From: Octopus bimaculoides
Taxonomy: Eukaryota
NCBI RefSeq assembly: GCF_001194135.2
Contig: NC_068992.1
Location: 26,835,654 to 26,899,653 of the forward strand
Direction of reading: 5' to 3'
Length of the DNA stretch: 64,000 bases
Shown here: positions 48,712-61,239 of the stretch, piece after piece
How the letters are laid out: every line of letters starts with the position of its first letter
How positions within the stretch are numbered: the first letter of the stretch is position 1
Notes under the pieces: model-generated
Told to the model about the DNA's origin: nothing
The model's input: the letters and a program-made list of their open reading frames with translations, nothing else
Database searches by the model: none
Made by a program: the position numbers and the translations under genes

Positions 48712-51319
48712 AGCCTACAGGCACATTATTAGAGTAGGTCCATTCTCATGGGCCATTTTCATTACATTCACCCACCTTATAGCAAATGTACTGAGGTGTG
48801 CAGCACTTATCTCTCCACCGTCATCTTCCTTTCCAAGTGAAATTTGAAAAAAGTTGATGAGGGATTGGCCGAAGAGAAAAGTGTCTGTCTTCAGCCCTTT
48901 CAATCTGGTCCACCATACAACCTCTTTCTCTACTGCTATCAAACAGAAGAAAATTGTCTGTCCTTCCGGATCAATGGAAGGCGGCGGATCGATCTTCACT
49001 GTGGATTCGGCCGATAACCGGATCCGTCCTATACGCGATAACAGCTGTTGAACATAACTCTACATGTCAGTAATGCAAGGACACTGTACGAGAGCGTGCA
49101 GAACGGCTTCGTCACTTTGCGCAAATCTCGGGTAGATCCGTCTGTCAACACTTCCGTGCCTGAAGAGTTTATCTCGAACCGTCAGTGCCTCCCGGTAGCA
49201 CTGCCAAGCCGAGGATTTCTAGAAGTTATCCATCGTCTCCTGCTTGAAAGTCCTCCTGAACAGACTGTTCGTCGATGCCTAGTGACTCTTTAAGTGCGTC
49301 ATCGCTCTTTCCCTCCACTAATCTTCTATAGAACTCGAGTTGATGTTCCACTGGTCGCATTGCTTGACTGGTTTAGGGCAGTGAGTGCCAGGCAATTTTT
49401 CTAGATGCCAGTAACCCTGTCTCGGTCTCTTCTCGACCCAGGACTGCAGCTCAGTCAAGGAGACGAGTTGGGTAAAGGCCTGTTTGACAAACAGCGACCA
49501 CACCTGTTCACCGTTTAGGCAGAATATCTGGAGATTCCACAGCCTCGGCGCATGTCTACGCATCATTATCTTCGGCATGCCCAGCCCTCTGCGTAGATGG
49601 TGTTGGCAACAGACAGACCGCCCATAAATGGAACCTGTCTGTATTTTTTATTGTGGGCATTGTTATGCTTTGTGGACTTTTGTGCTTTTATTTTTGTTTT
49701 TGTGGGGCCTTTTGGTTTTCTTTCATTTTCACTACTGGAAAATGAGGGGTCTGTTAGTATAAGTGTGTCTGTGACTGTATATGCTTGTATTCTTGTTTAT
49801 GTGTGTATTTTTGTTTGGTGTGAAGGGATGGGAGAGCTTTCCGTGTTTCGTTTGTTGTTGCTGGTGGTTTTACCGGTGCTGATGTACGTGGTCCTCGTCT
49901 CGGTGTAGGCAACAGTGTAGGCTTTTGACTCCTTGTACTTTGTACCAGTTGGGGGCAGTAGACTTGCAAATGAGTAGTTTCTCCACAAACGAATCAATGC
50001 GGCCTTTTGCTCTCCGCCATTAAGTGTATCACCGTTTCGTTCTGGAAACGGATGTAGTCCGGGTCATTTTTAATGTTTTCGGGCCTGATCTGGAGAAGTA
50101 TCTCCAAGTCAATCCCGGACCAGTCCACCCTGACAGTTCTTGTCATCTCTATCGGGATGGTATCCGCCCCCTCCACAAATCCGCATCCCAGAAGCCACCA
50201 CATATCAAGTCCTGCTGGTATCCTAGGAATGCAGACACATGCTGTACGTTTCCCCATGTGGGAGGGGTACATAATGACTTTGATGGTTTTGCAAGGGGTC
50301 ATTGAGTGTTTAATATCGAAGACTTCTAACTTAATCTCCACTGAAATTGTGCCACATTTTTGGCCCCTTGTTATGTACTCGGTGTCATCTCTGATGCCCC
50401 TCAGCGTCGCATCAATATCTACTTGGGTTATTAATGCCACTCTTTTCGTTTCTGCTGAGATGCATCTGAAAAGCTCCATTCTTTTCTCCACTGCTTCAAT
50501 TGTCTCTGGCGGAATAGTTAGGTTGGCCCAGGTTTGTTCTTGTCTAGTCAGTGTCCATGCTAGCGCCAACATTTCATCTCTGTTTGTGAGGTCCACGGTG
50601 AAGCGTTGCTCCTTTTTGGCTGCTGCTACTGCGAACGTTTTTTTGTTGTCGGTAATCTTCTCGTTGTTTTTGTTATTGTTGTTGCTGTCGTTGCTGCTGC
50701 TGCCGTTGTTGTTGTTGCCGTTGTTCTTGCTGATGTTGTTGGTGTTAGTTTCGTCGCTGTTGTTGTCACATTTGCTATTGTTGATGCTGTTGTTGCCTTG
50801 CCATCGCTGCTGTGGTTGTTGCTGTTTCTTTCGTTGTTGTTGTTGCTGCCACTACTACAACTGTTGCTGCCACTACGGCTGCTGCTGCTGCCACTGCTGT
50901 TGTCACTGCTACCACTGTTGCTGTACTGCTAGTACGGCTGTTACTATGAGGTGGACTTTGTACTGTTCTACTTTCCTTCTCCCTTTCTCTCCTCTTGTAT
51001 TGTTGCCAGTAACGGAGAGAAGGAGAGTGAAATCTTGGGCAGTCACCAGATTCGTGGGAGGGGCAGTTTTCAAGACGCGCTCTCCCAACTTGTTGAATTG
51101 TGTTTGATTAAATTAAATTAAACGACCACAAAACTTATCTGGTGGGCCGAATATAGTCCCTCGAGGAGCTAAACAACAGTAGAAAACCAGTAACGGGTTA
51201 TTAGTTTTGTGTTGACAACTTGGACTAAAATGCAAAAAAAACCCCAATGTGGTGTAAATAAATGCTTTAAGCTGCACCAAACTGGAGCGTTTGAAAACAC
51301 GTCCAATCTATCCCACAGT
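48712..51319 (-). mobile_element. L1/Tx1-like LINE, 5' part only (5' UTR, ORF1, start of APE endonuclease)
   Basis: ORF1 (about 50850-49930) with an Asn-rich stretch, TFAVAAAK and CX2CX4HX4C (*FVCGETTHLQVYC; first Cys is TGA); downstream IDPEG and WTYSN endonuclease echoes. Confidence 0.75.
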
Positions 51320-51320
51320 A

Positions 51321-51400
<80 letters not shown>
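51320..51400. repeat. (TAA)n microsatellite
   Basis: Direct reading. Confidence 0.98.
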
Positions 51401-51402
<2 letters not shown>

Positions 51403-51936
51403 GCCCTGATACAGTGCCAGACAATGGTTCTCATGGCTTCTTATCTTAACTGATCGGAGGTGGAATCAAGTATATTGTTTTGTCTTGCTATAAAAGATGG
51501 GCTACAACAAATATTCTGCCCAATACCATAGATTTGCCTGTCAGCTGCTTGATCTTAACCAATTGAGCATGTCCCTTAGTGGCTGACGATATGTGCATCC
51601 CTGATCACGAGCAGAAGTAGTGGAGAGTATCATAGTAATGTGTTGAGAGGAATTCTTTGGGGTTTGGATAATTCACCTTTGGAAACATGGGTATTTCGTT
51701 CGACATCCTCAAACAACCTTTATTCAAGGACTTTTTGAGACGATGGGCTACTCGACCTGAATAAAATTCTAACTGGGCCCCCACCTGCAAGGTCATGTGC
51801 TGTTTATCTTGATATGAGATCACTATATCGTGCACACATGGTTGTGATGCATGTTCCTGGTGTACCCATATCAGACGGGTAGTCATGATGTGTATACTGG
51901 GCTTCGTATATTTTACCCCAGTGTCACTTTGATGGC
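51401..51936. mobile_element. Non-coding interspersed element starting directly at (TAA)n
   Basis: GC-richer block atgccctgatacagtgccag...cccagtgtcactttgatggc running into a gap; recalled as an abundant (TAA)n-flanked octopus repeat, not verified. Confidence 0.6.
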
Positions 51937-52879
51937 NNNNNNNNNNNNNNNNNNNNNNNNNNNNNNNNNNNNNNNNNNNNNNNNNNNNNNNNNNNNNNNN
52001 NNNNNNNNNNNNNNNNNNNNNNNNNNNNNNNNNNNNNNNNNNNNNNNNNNNNNNNNNNNNNNNNNNNNNNNNNNNNNNNNNNNNNNNNNNNNNNNNNNNN
52101 NNNNNNNNNNNNNNNNNNNNNNNNNNNNNNNNNNNNNNNNNNNNNNNNNNNNNNNNNNNNNNNNNNNNNNNNNNNNNNNNNNNNNNNNNNNNNNNNNNNN
52201 NNNNNNNNNNNNNNNNNNNNNNNNNNNNNNNNNNNNNNNNNNNNNNNNNNNNNNNNNNNNNNNNNNNNNNNNNNNNNNNNNNNNNNNNNNNNNNNNNNNN
52301 NNNNNNNNNNNNNNNNNNNNNNNNNNNNNNNNNNNNNNNNNNNNNNNNNNNNNNNNNNNNNNNNNNNNNNNNNNNNNNNNNNNNNNNNNNNNNNNNNNNN
52401 NNNNNNNNNNNNNNNNNNNNNNNNNNNNNNNNNNNNNNNNNNNNNNNNNNNNNNNNNNNNNNNNNNNNNNNNNNNNNNNNNNNNNNNNNNNNNNNNNNNN
52501 NNNNNNNNNNNNNNNNNNNNNNNNNNNNNNNNNNNNNNNNNNNNNNNNNNNNNNNNNNNNNNNNNNNNNNNNNNNNNNNNNNNNNNNNNNNNNNNNNNNN
52601 NNNNNNNNNNNNNNNNNNNNNNNNNNNNNNNNNNNNNNNNNNNNNNNNNNNNNNNNNNNNNNNNNNNNNNNNNNNNNNNNNNNNNNNNNNNNNNNNNNNN
52701 NNNNNNNNNNNNNNNNNNNNNNNNNNNNNNNNNNNNNNNNNNNNNNNNNNNNNNNNNNNNNNNNNNNNNNNNNNNNNNNNNNNNNNNNNNNNNNNNNNNN
52801 NNNNNNNNNNNNNNNNNNNNNNNNNNNNNNNNNNNNNNNNNNNNNNNNNNNNNNNNNNNNNNNNNNNNNNNNNNNNNNN

Positions 52880-53279
52880 TGTGTATATATATATATATAT
52901 ATATGATGCGAGAGAGAGAGAATTATCGTTCTCTATATATCTCTGCTTTTGGATTCGTACGACGTTTACAAAACATATCTTACTGGTAATAAATACATTT
53001 CTGAGAATATATAGTCAGGGCCATGTATTCACATACATACATACATACATACATACATACATGCATCCATACATGCATACATACATATATACATGCATAT
53101 ATTCATGCATACATACGCACATCTATACATACATGGAGACAAACGGTTAGTCTAAAAGAGGTGTAGGCAGCAATAGGAGTAAAACAAGTGAATGTGCAAA
53201 AGAAATATCAGAACATAAATTGCTATATTTATAACTGTATAGGTAGATGATATATGTATGCATATAAATGTATGCATGT

Positions 53280-53360
<81 letters not shown>
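52880..53360. repeat. (TACA)n, (TA)n and (TG)n microsatellites
   Basis: Direct reading. Confidence 0.9.
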
Positions 53361-53361
<1 letters not shown>

Positions 53362-53775
53362 ATATATGAGTACGTACGTATTTCTCTACATACATGTGTG
53401 TGCGTGTATAATACGTGATGGGGTTCATATGATTTGAAAGAAGTAGGTTATAAAGTTTTCATTAGGAAATATAATATTCATTGGGAAAAGTATTGGTTGG
53501 TTGATTGTTCAGTTTCCTCCGGATTTTTCAAGAAAGCAGACTTCTATTGAAAAGAAATGTCGCTTCTAAATTCACATAGGAATCAAAAGAACGAGATATT
53601 CTGTAGACGCTGAAGAAAATTAGGCGGAACCTTTGTCAATAATCAGGAAACGAAACAGCCTGAACATTAGCGGTAGTGGTATTAGCTAAAGAAAAAAATC
53701 GAGAAAGTAAAAAATGAAAGAAACGGATTAGAGGAGAGAACAGCTACATAAGCGCATGTATGCATGTGTGTGTGA

Positions 53776-53827
<52 letters not shown>

Positions 53828-55429
53828 NNNNNNNNNNNNNNNNNNNNNNNNNNNNNNNNNNNNNNNNNNNNNNNNNNNNNNNNNNNNNNNNNNNNNNNNN
53901 NNNNNNNNNNNNNNNNNNNNNNNNNNNNNNNNNNNNNNNNNNNNNNNNNNNNNNNNNNNNNNNNNNNNNNNNNNNNNNNNNNNNNNNNNNNNNNNNNNNN
54001 NNNNNNNNNNNNNNNNNNNNNNNNNNNNNNNNNNNNNNNNNNNNNNNNNNNNNNNNNNNNNNNNNNNNNNNNNNNNNNNNNNNNNNNNNNNNNNNNNNNN
54101 NNNNNNNNNNNNNNNNNNNNNNNNNNNNNNNNNNNNNNNNNNNNNNNNNNNNNNNNNNNNNNNNNNNNNNNNNNNNNNNNNNNNNNNNNNNNNNNNNNNN
54201 NNNNNNNNNNNNNNNNNNNNNNNNNNNNNNNNNNNNNNNNNNNNNNNNNNNNNNNNNNNNNNNNNNNNNNNNNNNNNNNNNNNNNNNNNNNNNNNNNNNN
54301 NNNNNNNNNNNNNNNNNNNNNNNNNNNNNNNNNNNNNNNNNNNNNNNNNNNNNNNNNNNNNNNNNNNNNNNNNNNNNNNNNNNNNNNNNNNNNNNNNNNN
54401 NNNNNNNNNNNNNNNNNNNNNNNNNNNNNNNNNNNNNNNNNNNNNNNNNNNNNNNNNNNNNNNNNNNNNNNNNNNNNNNNNNNNNNNNNNNNNNNNNNNN
54501 NNNNNNNNNNNNNNNNNNNNNNNNNNNNNNNNNNNNNNNNNNNNNNNNNNNNNNNNNNNNNNNNNNNNNNNNNNNNNNNNNNNNNNNNTATATATATATA
54601 TATATATGCACATACGAATGAATGAATGGTGTATATGAATATTGGCATGTATGGAAGAGAGTGCGCGACTAAGAGAGAGGGAGAGAGGATGAAGCGTATA
54701 CGTAAAGAGAAAGAAAAGAACAAATTTAAATTAGAGTATGTGTAAAAGTTAGAATGGAAAGTTAGAATGGAAAAACATGAAAGAAAGATGAAAAAGAAAA
54801 GAATGCTGAAAGGAAACAAAAGAAATGAGAGTAATAAAAGTATAGAATGAAACTGAAAGAAAAGTTTATATTTATACATACACATATGCTAACGTATATA
54901 TTTTTATATACACGTATGTACATACAGAGGCACATACGCACACACATGTATGTATTTATATTTATATATATATATATATATNNNNNNNNNNNNNNNNNNN
55001 NNNNNNNNNNNNNNNNNNNNNNNNNNNNNNNNNNNNNNNNNNNNNNNNNNNNNNNNNNNNNNNNNNNNNNNNNNNNNNNNNNNNNNNNNNNNNNNNNNNN
55101 NNNNNNNNNNNNNNNNNNNNNNNNNNNNNNNNNNNNNNNNNNNNNNNNNNNNNNNNNNNNNNNNNNNNNNNNNNNNNNNNNNNNNNNNNNNNNNNNNNNN
55201 NNNNNNNNNNNNNNNNNNNNNNNNNNNNNNNNNNNNNNNNNNNNNNNNNNNNNNNNNNNNNNNNNNNNNNNNNNNNNNNNNNNNNNNNNNNNNNNNNNNN
55301 NNNNNNNNNNNNNNNNNNNNNNNNNNNNNNNNNNNNNNNNNNNNNNNNNNNNNNNNNNNNNNNNNNNNNNNNNNNNNNNNNNNNNNNNNNNNNNNNNNNN
55401 NNNNNNNATATATATATATATATATATAT

Positions 55430-55730
55430 ACGGGACCAGATACTTCAACAACTTGAGCTTCAGTGTCCCACACCTCTTTTATATCCTTCGAAAATGCCTG
55501 ACAGCCCTGCATGGTGTGGATGTAAATGTCTTTAAAGCAAAACTGGATGTCTTCTTGTCAAGTGTTCCAGACAAACCTACCACACGCGTCAGGAAACACA
55601 GATGAGGGCAGCAGCATGAAACTTACTCATTGATCAAATAAATGCCATCTATCAGGTTTCAAATAATGGTATAACTGAGTCAACGGTTGTGCCCCAGAAT
55701 GATCGCAGCTTTGAAGCTGAAACATTTTTA
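55430..55730 (+). mobile_element. CR1-clade LINE 3' end (second family)
   Basis: GTRYFNNLSFSVPHLFYILRKCLTALHGVDVNVFKAKLDVFLSSVPDKPT, then 3' UTR gtgccccagaatgatcgcag..gctgaaac. Confidence 0.85.
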
Positions 55731-58299
55731 AACAATTTAAATAATTTATATATATATGTATATATATTATATATATCTATATATATATATATATACATAN
55801 NNNNNNNNNNNNNNNNNNNNNNNNNNNNNNNNNNNNNNNNNNNNNNNNNNNNNNNNNNNNNNNNNNNNNNNNNNNNNNNNNNNNNNNNNNNNNNNNNNNN
55901 NNNNNNNNNNNNNNNNNNNNNNNNNNNNNNNNNNNNNNNNNNNNNNNNNNNNNNNNNNNNNNNNNNNNNNNNNNNNNNNNNNNNNNNNNNNNNNNNNNNN
56001 NNNNNNNNNNNNNNNNNNNNNNNNNNNNNNNNNNNNNNNNNNNNNNNNNNNNNNNNNNNNNNNNNNNNNNNNNNNNNNNNNNNNNNNNNNNNNNNNNNNN
56101 NNNNNNNNNNNNNNNNNNNNNNNNNNNNNNNNNNNNNNNNNNNNNNNNNNNNNNNNNNNNNNNNNNNNNNNNNNNNNNNNNNNNNNNNNNNNNNNNNNNN
56201 NNNNNNNNNNNNNNNNNNNNNNNNNNNNNNNNNNNNNNNTATATATATATTTATATTTATATTTATTTATATATATATTACAAGGTGTCAGATGTTATTA
56301 ACTTTCGAGAGAACGTGAATTACGTGTTGGCATTGGGTTGCGATACTCATAAATGCTGTAAATGATAGAGGATGGATTATAGGAAAGATTCTGTTGTTGT
56401 TTGCGGGAAAATTATAAGATTTGCCTTAAATTTAACATGCGACATCATGTCAGTACATAACGTTACTGCAAATGTTCTCCACTGTAACCTTCCTTCACGA
56501 CGATTCGTTCTATGGATTTGCCCAAAAGGTTATGAGTATGTATATAACGTGTTCTTCTCTTTGTTTTCTTCCCACGTCTTCGGTTTCGAAATCAGACATG
56601 CACATACGACGTGCTCCATTCAATAGAAGTATGGCCGAACACCCCATAAATGGTTCCACTTATCTCTTTTTGAAACGCAATTAGATCACTACACCATGTA
56701 CATATATGTGTATATTTTCAACTGTTCTCTTACTAGAGTTATTTCCCTTATTTAGTGTTTTGAGATGTTCAACACACAGGGAAAGTATCTGTACAAATTG
56801 CTTTGATAATCTCAGTTAAGAAAATGGTTCAGTTGACTGTATAACATTTGTGATTCTCTCGTTACCCCAATCCTATAAGCATTTTGGCAGAAACGAAAGC
56901 CATAAACACGTTTCCAGAATTAGTAATCTGTCTATGTTGTTAAATGATTCTCACACAGAATTTGATAAACTTGAATATTCCATTAAAAAGAAAAAAAAAG
57001 AGTAATAATTATTTTTATCCCCAGATACTGTAGTAGACAGCATCATTTGTCTGAAACTGAAATTTAAACAGATCCTGGTGACCAAGAGGACATATTCACC
57101 ATTGATCGAGACTGACTGTATTTTTATTGTTGTTTTCGTTTGAATGACGCTTCAAAGCTAGCCAAGCATTTTGTGTATTTGTCATTAGATATCACAAAAC
57201 AGTGGATAGGTTTGCAGAATATTAAGATAATCCTTTTTCATGCTTTTCATAAAGATACCCACTTCACTTGCAAATGTTCACTTATTAAATCGTCAGTAAT
57301 TTAATTGTCATTACAATGCTATAGAAGCACAGAGATGTTCACAACAAAGAATTGACATAGCAGACTCCTCAGAAAACCAATAGATATTTTAAATTTTAGA
57401 ACAAAAAATTTATTTTAACTCCAGCTTAGACTTAATGAACATTTCATCTAATATAAGCACGTTGTACAACCAATATTCTGCAACAATTTTTTTTCTTTCG
57501 CGTCAAAAAATTCAATTAACATTGGCTGTCAATTTCTTGTAACTCCGAACTGGATATAAAATTGTATTTATTTCTAAGAAAAAATATAGGATCGCATAAA
57601 ACTTAAAATAATAGATCTTATGAGATCGTATACATAATGCATTTAAAATTTTGACAAATACGTTAAGCTTCACCTCTTAGTGACTTGTAATTTGATATAT
57701 ATTGCTTAGAAAGGAGTGATATTTTTACTTAAATCAATTTATTTAACTTAAAACAATGTGGCATGAAGCACAAATGACAGAAAAGTGGTAAAATTAGTTC
57801 ATATTAATGGAAAATTATCAAAATTTTTGCTGAACTCTAAACTTTTTTTCTGTCTAAAATATAATTATTATATCCTGTAATCTAAATGTTCAGTTTTAAT
57901 TGTATGCATTTAAAAAGATGCTGAGACAATTGAATTTCAGAACATTCAAAAACACAACTCAGTTTAAAGAATTGTATTTGAGAAGAGAGTGACTATATTT
58001 TGATGTAATTCAGATAACACTAGTAAATTATTCTTCTCAATGTATCATATCGAATTCCTTTTCATCAAAGTCTTAAAAAATTCTACAATGTGGAGCAAAT
58101 GGGTGGTTTCTTTTTTTAATTCCTTGACATTCTGCTAGGAACTAAAACATACCGAAAAAATAGTATGATGACAAATCCAATAAGAAATTCAATTTTGCAA
58201 CAGATTTAAACATTTCTTTAAAACAACACATAAATGTACATTTTTAGAATATATCTCATATGTTAATAGTGATTTGTTTTGTCTATAATGATGTTGACA

Positions 58300-58540
58300 A
58301 TAACGTAGCAAGTCCTGGCTAAAGCATAACGAACACAAAAGAACCAGAACGCTACCTAAAAGACAGAGAGATTGGAATTGAAACTCGCATTGTCGGCCTA
58401 CAGAATAATGCCATCCTATATTCTGCAACAGTTCTAAGGAAAAGCTGTTGAGATTTGAGAAGACTAGTTGTCAGGAAGCATCAAAATAAATGCCTTCTAG
58501 CTAAATTATCATGCACTAGGGTAGCAGTAGTGATAATAAT
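58300..58540 (+). mobile_element. R4/Dong-like LINE extreme 3' end (second family)
   Basis: ERYLKDREIGIETRIVGLQNNAILYSATVLRKAVEI* resembles the RLE C-terminus (LQKxAILxxAxILRKVL); ends gtgataataatgat. Confidence 0.65.
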
Positions 58541-58544
58541 GATG

Positions 58545-58832
58545 GACTCTTCGGTCGAAGACGATGTATGAGTGGTCAGCTTTTGCTGAACGACCTGCAC
58601 AAATGAGGACGTGTTTATAGTGATCAAAAGTATTTCTTGTATACTCCCTTCATCAAATCGACTTTATCTGAACAGATGCACGGTATGCCACGTGTCGGGT
58701 GTCGAGTGATTGCAGAGAAACGTGAGATGAGGTATTTTATTAAAGAACACAGTGCACCACCCGGTCTAAAAATTGAAACCACGATCTCGCGATCGTGAGT
58801 GCTACGTTCTAACTGCTAGCCCATACGACCTC
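58545..58832 (-). mobile_element. tRNA-headed SINE family E
   Basis: Head gcactcacgatcgcgagatcgtggtttcaatt; body matches 46403-46660. Confidence 0.8.
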
Positions 58833-59949
58833 ACAGTAATAATTGTAATAATCCTTTCTACTAAACATACTAATGGGGTATCTGACTACAGCACTTTTGT
58901 CACCCCCACCACAGAACCACTTTCAAGAAATTCATCAGAATGATTAAAATCACCTATCCTCCGTGGCCTATGAAGGCGGCGGGCAATCATTTTGGCATAG
59001 GTCCACCAGACAGCAATGCTTGGTCACTGGAAAACTACGAAGTTGTGGCCAGTAAGCATTCTGACTGCAACCGCACCCCGGAATTCATTCCCACACATTT
59101 GAACAGATGGATATGTGAATTTGCTGGAGACATTTAAATTTATGTACATCTACTTTGTTGGTATATTTATATAACGGTTATCGTCCTTACTTAATTATCT
59201 CGTGGTGTATAAAGTGCTATTTATGTACATCCTAAATCGTATTCATTAACACATTATATGGATATATNNNNNNNNNNNNNNNNNNNNNNNNNNNNNNNNN
59301 NNNNNNNNNNNNNNNNNNNNNNNNNNNNNNNNNNNNNNNNNNNNNNNNNNNNNNNNNNNNNNNNNNNNNNNNNNNNNNNNNNNNNNNNNNNNNNNNNNNN
59401 NNNNNNNNNNNNNNNNNNNNNNNNNNNNNNNNNNNNNNNNNNNNNNNNNNNNNNNNNNNNNNNNNNNNNNNNNNNNNNNNNNNNNNNNNNNNNNNNNNNN
59501 NNNNNNNNNNNNNNNNNNNNNNNNNNNNNNNNNNNNNNNNNNNNNNNNNNNNNNNNNNNNNNNNNNNNNNNNNNNNNNNNNNNNNNNNNNNNNNNNNNNN
59601 NNNNNNNNNNNNNNNNNNNNNNNNNNNNNNNNNNNNNNNNNNNNNNNNNNNNNNNNNNNNNNNNNNNNNNNNNNNNNNNNNNNNNNNNNNNNNNNNNNNN
59701 NNNNNNNNNNNNNNNNNNNNNNNNNNNNNNNNNNNNNNNNNNNNNNNNNNNNNNNNNNNNNNNNNNNNNNNNNNNNNNNNNNNNNNNNNNNNNNNNNNNN
59801 NNNNNNNNNNNNNNNNNNNNNNNNNNNNNNNNNNNNNNNNNNNNNNNNNNNNNNNNNNNNNNNNNNNNNNNNNNNNNNNNNNNNNNNNNNNNNNNNNNNN
59901 NNNNNNNNNNNNNNNNNNNNNNNNNNNNNNNNNNNNNNNNNNNNNNNNN

Positions 59950-60362
59950 AAGAAAGTTCTTTCGGAATTTTTAATTTTGGTTTTAAATTATGTATTTTCA
60001 AATTAATTTTCGTTAAATTACTTTGACGTTATATATCACTTTAAAGCCCGTTTTTTGCTATATCTAATCGTGTTACTATTTTTTTTTTTAATAATTAGGC
60101 CATATTTTTGGGAACGTTGAATACAACATAGAAAAAAAGCAAATTCGCACAATTTTCTTATTCCAGTTCAAGCTAAGCCGAAAAGTTGAAGAAACAGCTC
60201 GCGATATCAACGATGCGTTTGGCCCAGGAACCACTAATGAACGTACAGCACAATGGTGGTTCAAGAAATTTCGTAGCAGTGACGAGAGTCTTGAAGATGA
60301 GAAACGTAGTGGTCGGCCATAAGGCGTTGACAACGATCAACTAAAAGCCTTAGTCGAAACTA
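59950..60362 (+). pseudogene. mariner 5' end plus transposase N-terminus, Hsmar1/cecropia-like
   Basis: 60128-60360 reads IEKKQIRTIFLFQFKLSRKVEETARDINDAFGPGTTNERTAQWWFKKFRSSDESLEDEKRSGRP*GVDNDQLKALVE; start codon is ATA. Confidence 0.92.
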
Positions 60363-60457
60363 TAATTTACAGCAATTGATATCATCATAGACATATGCCA
60401 GATAATTTGCTTTGATAAATTTAACTCCTTCTTTGACTGTATATGAGAAGGAAATGT

Positions 60458-60770
60458 GGAGGTGCAATGGCTCAGTGGTTAGGGCAGCGGACTCTCGGTT
60501 TCGATTCCCAGACCGGGCATTGTGAGTGTTTATTGAGCAAAAACGCCTAAAGCTCCCCGAGGTTCCACTCTTGTTTCTTGTTTCTGTTGTACCTGTATTT
60601 CAAAGGGCCAGCCTTGTCACACTCTGTGTCACACTGAATCTCCCCGAGAACTACGTTAAGGGAAAACATGTCTGTGGAGTGCTCAGCCACTTGCACGTTA
60701 ATTTCACAAGCAGGCTGTTCCGTTAATCAGATCAACTGGAACCCTCGTCGTCGCAACCAACGGAGTGCCA
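60458..60770 (+). mobile_element. SINE family C with internal deletions
   Basis: ggaggtgcaatggctcagtggttagggc..ggtttcgattccc..cacttgcacgttaatttcac..cggagtgcca. Confidence 0.93.
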
Positions 60771-60814
60771 TAGTATTAGAAGCAAATACAACATGTATTA
60801 ATTTTAAGATATAG

Positions 60815-61015
60815 GTGTCAAATATTGGCAGAAAATCCTCCATCTTGACAGTAGGAAAAGTAGATTAAATTGATTTGAATACTTAATTGGAGCTTTACTT
60901 TATTCAGCCCCGGAATCGTAAAACGTCATGTCAACTTCCGCAGAATTTGAAATAAAAACTTAAATTAACTAACTAATTATTTCGAAGTATTTTTGCCCGC
61001 TGCTTTATCGATTCT
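60815..61015 (-). mobile_element. Very old family A-like SINE
   Basis: Weak pattern (gattaaattga..cagccccgga..gtcaacttccgcagaatttgaa). Confidence 0.45.
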
Positions 61016-61239
61016 AGAAATCGTGAGAGAGAGAGAGAGAGAACCAGACCTTTTGTGGGTGGCCATAGTCAACGATAACAAAGGTATCTTCTTTTAACAA
61101 TCGCGGAGAGCTGAAAGCAAAGTTAATGCTACCAGGAATCGAACTCGTTACCAAAGAAAACGTAATTAATGCCGTTACGTCAACGAATTTACCGAATCCA
61201 CAGCATTAAAATTTGGATTTGATCGCGTTTTTCTCTTTT

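Noticed and set aside
49994-49996. TGA at a zinc-knuckle Cys as possible selenocysteine or readthrough
   Set aside because: A single TGY-to-TGA mutation in a decaying element is far simpler; no SECIS-like structure identified.
50073-51107. 344-aa and 108-aa hydrophobic plus-strand ORFs resembling membrane proteins
   Set aside because: Antisense to the LINE ORF1 and its CAA/CAG-rich tract; hydrophobicity comes from GTT/GCT repeats.
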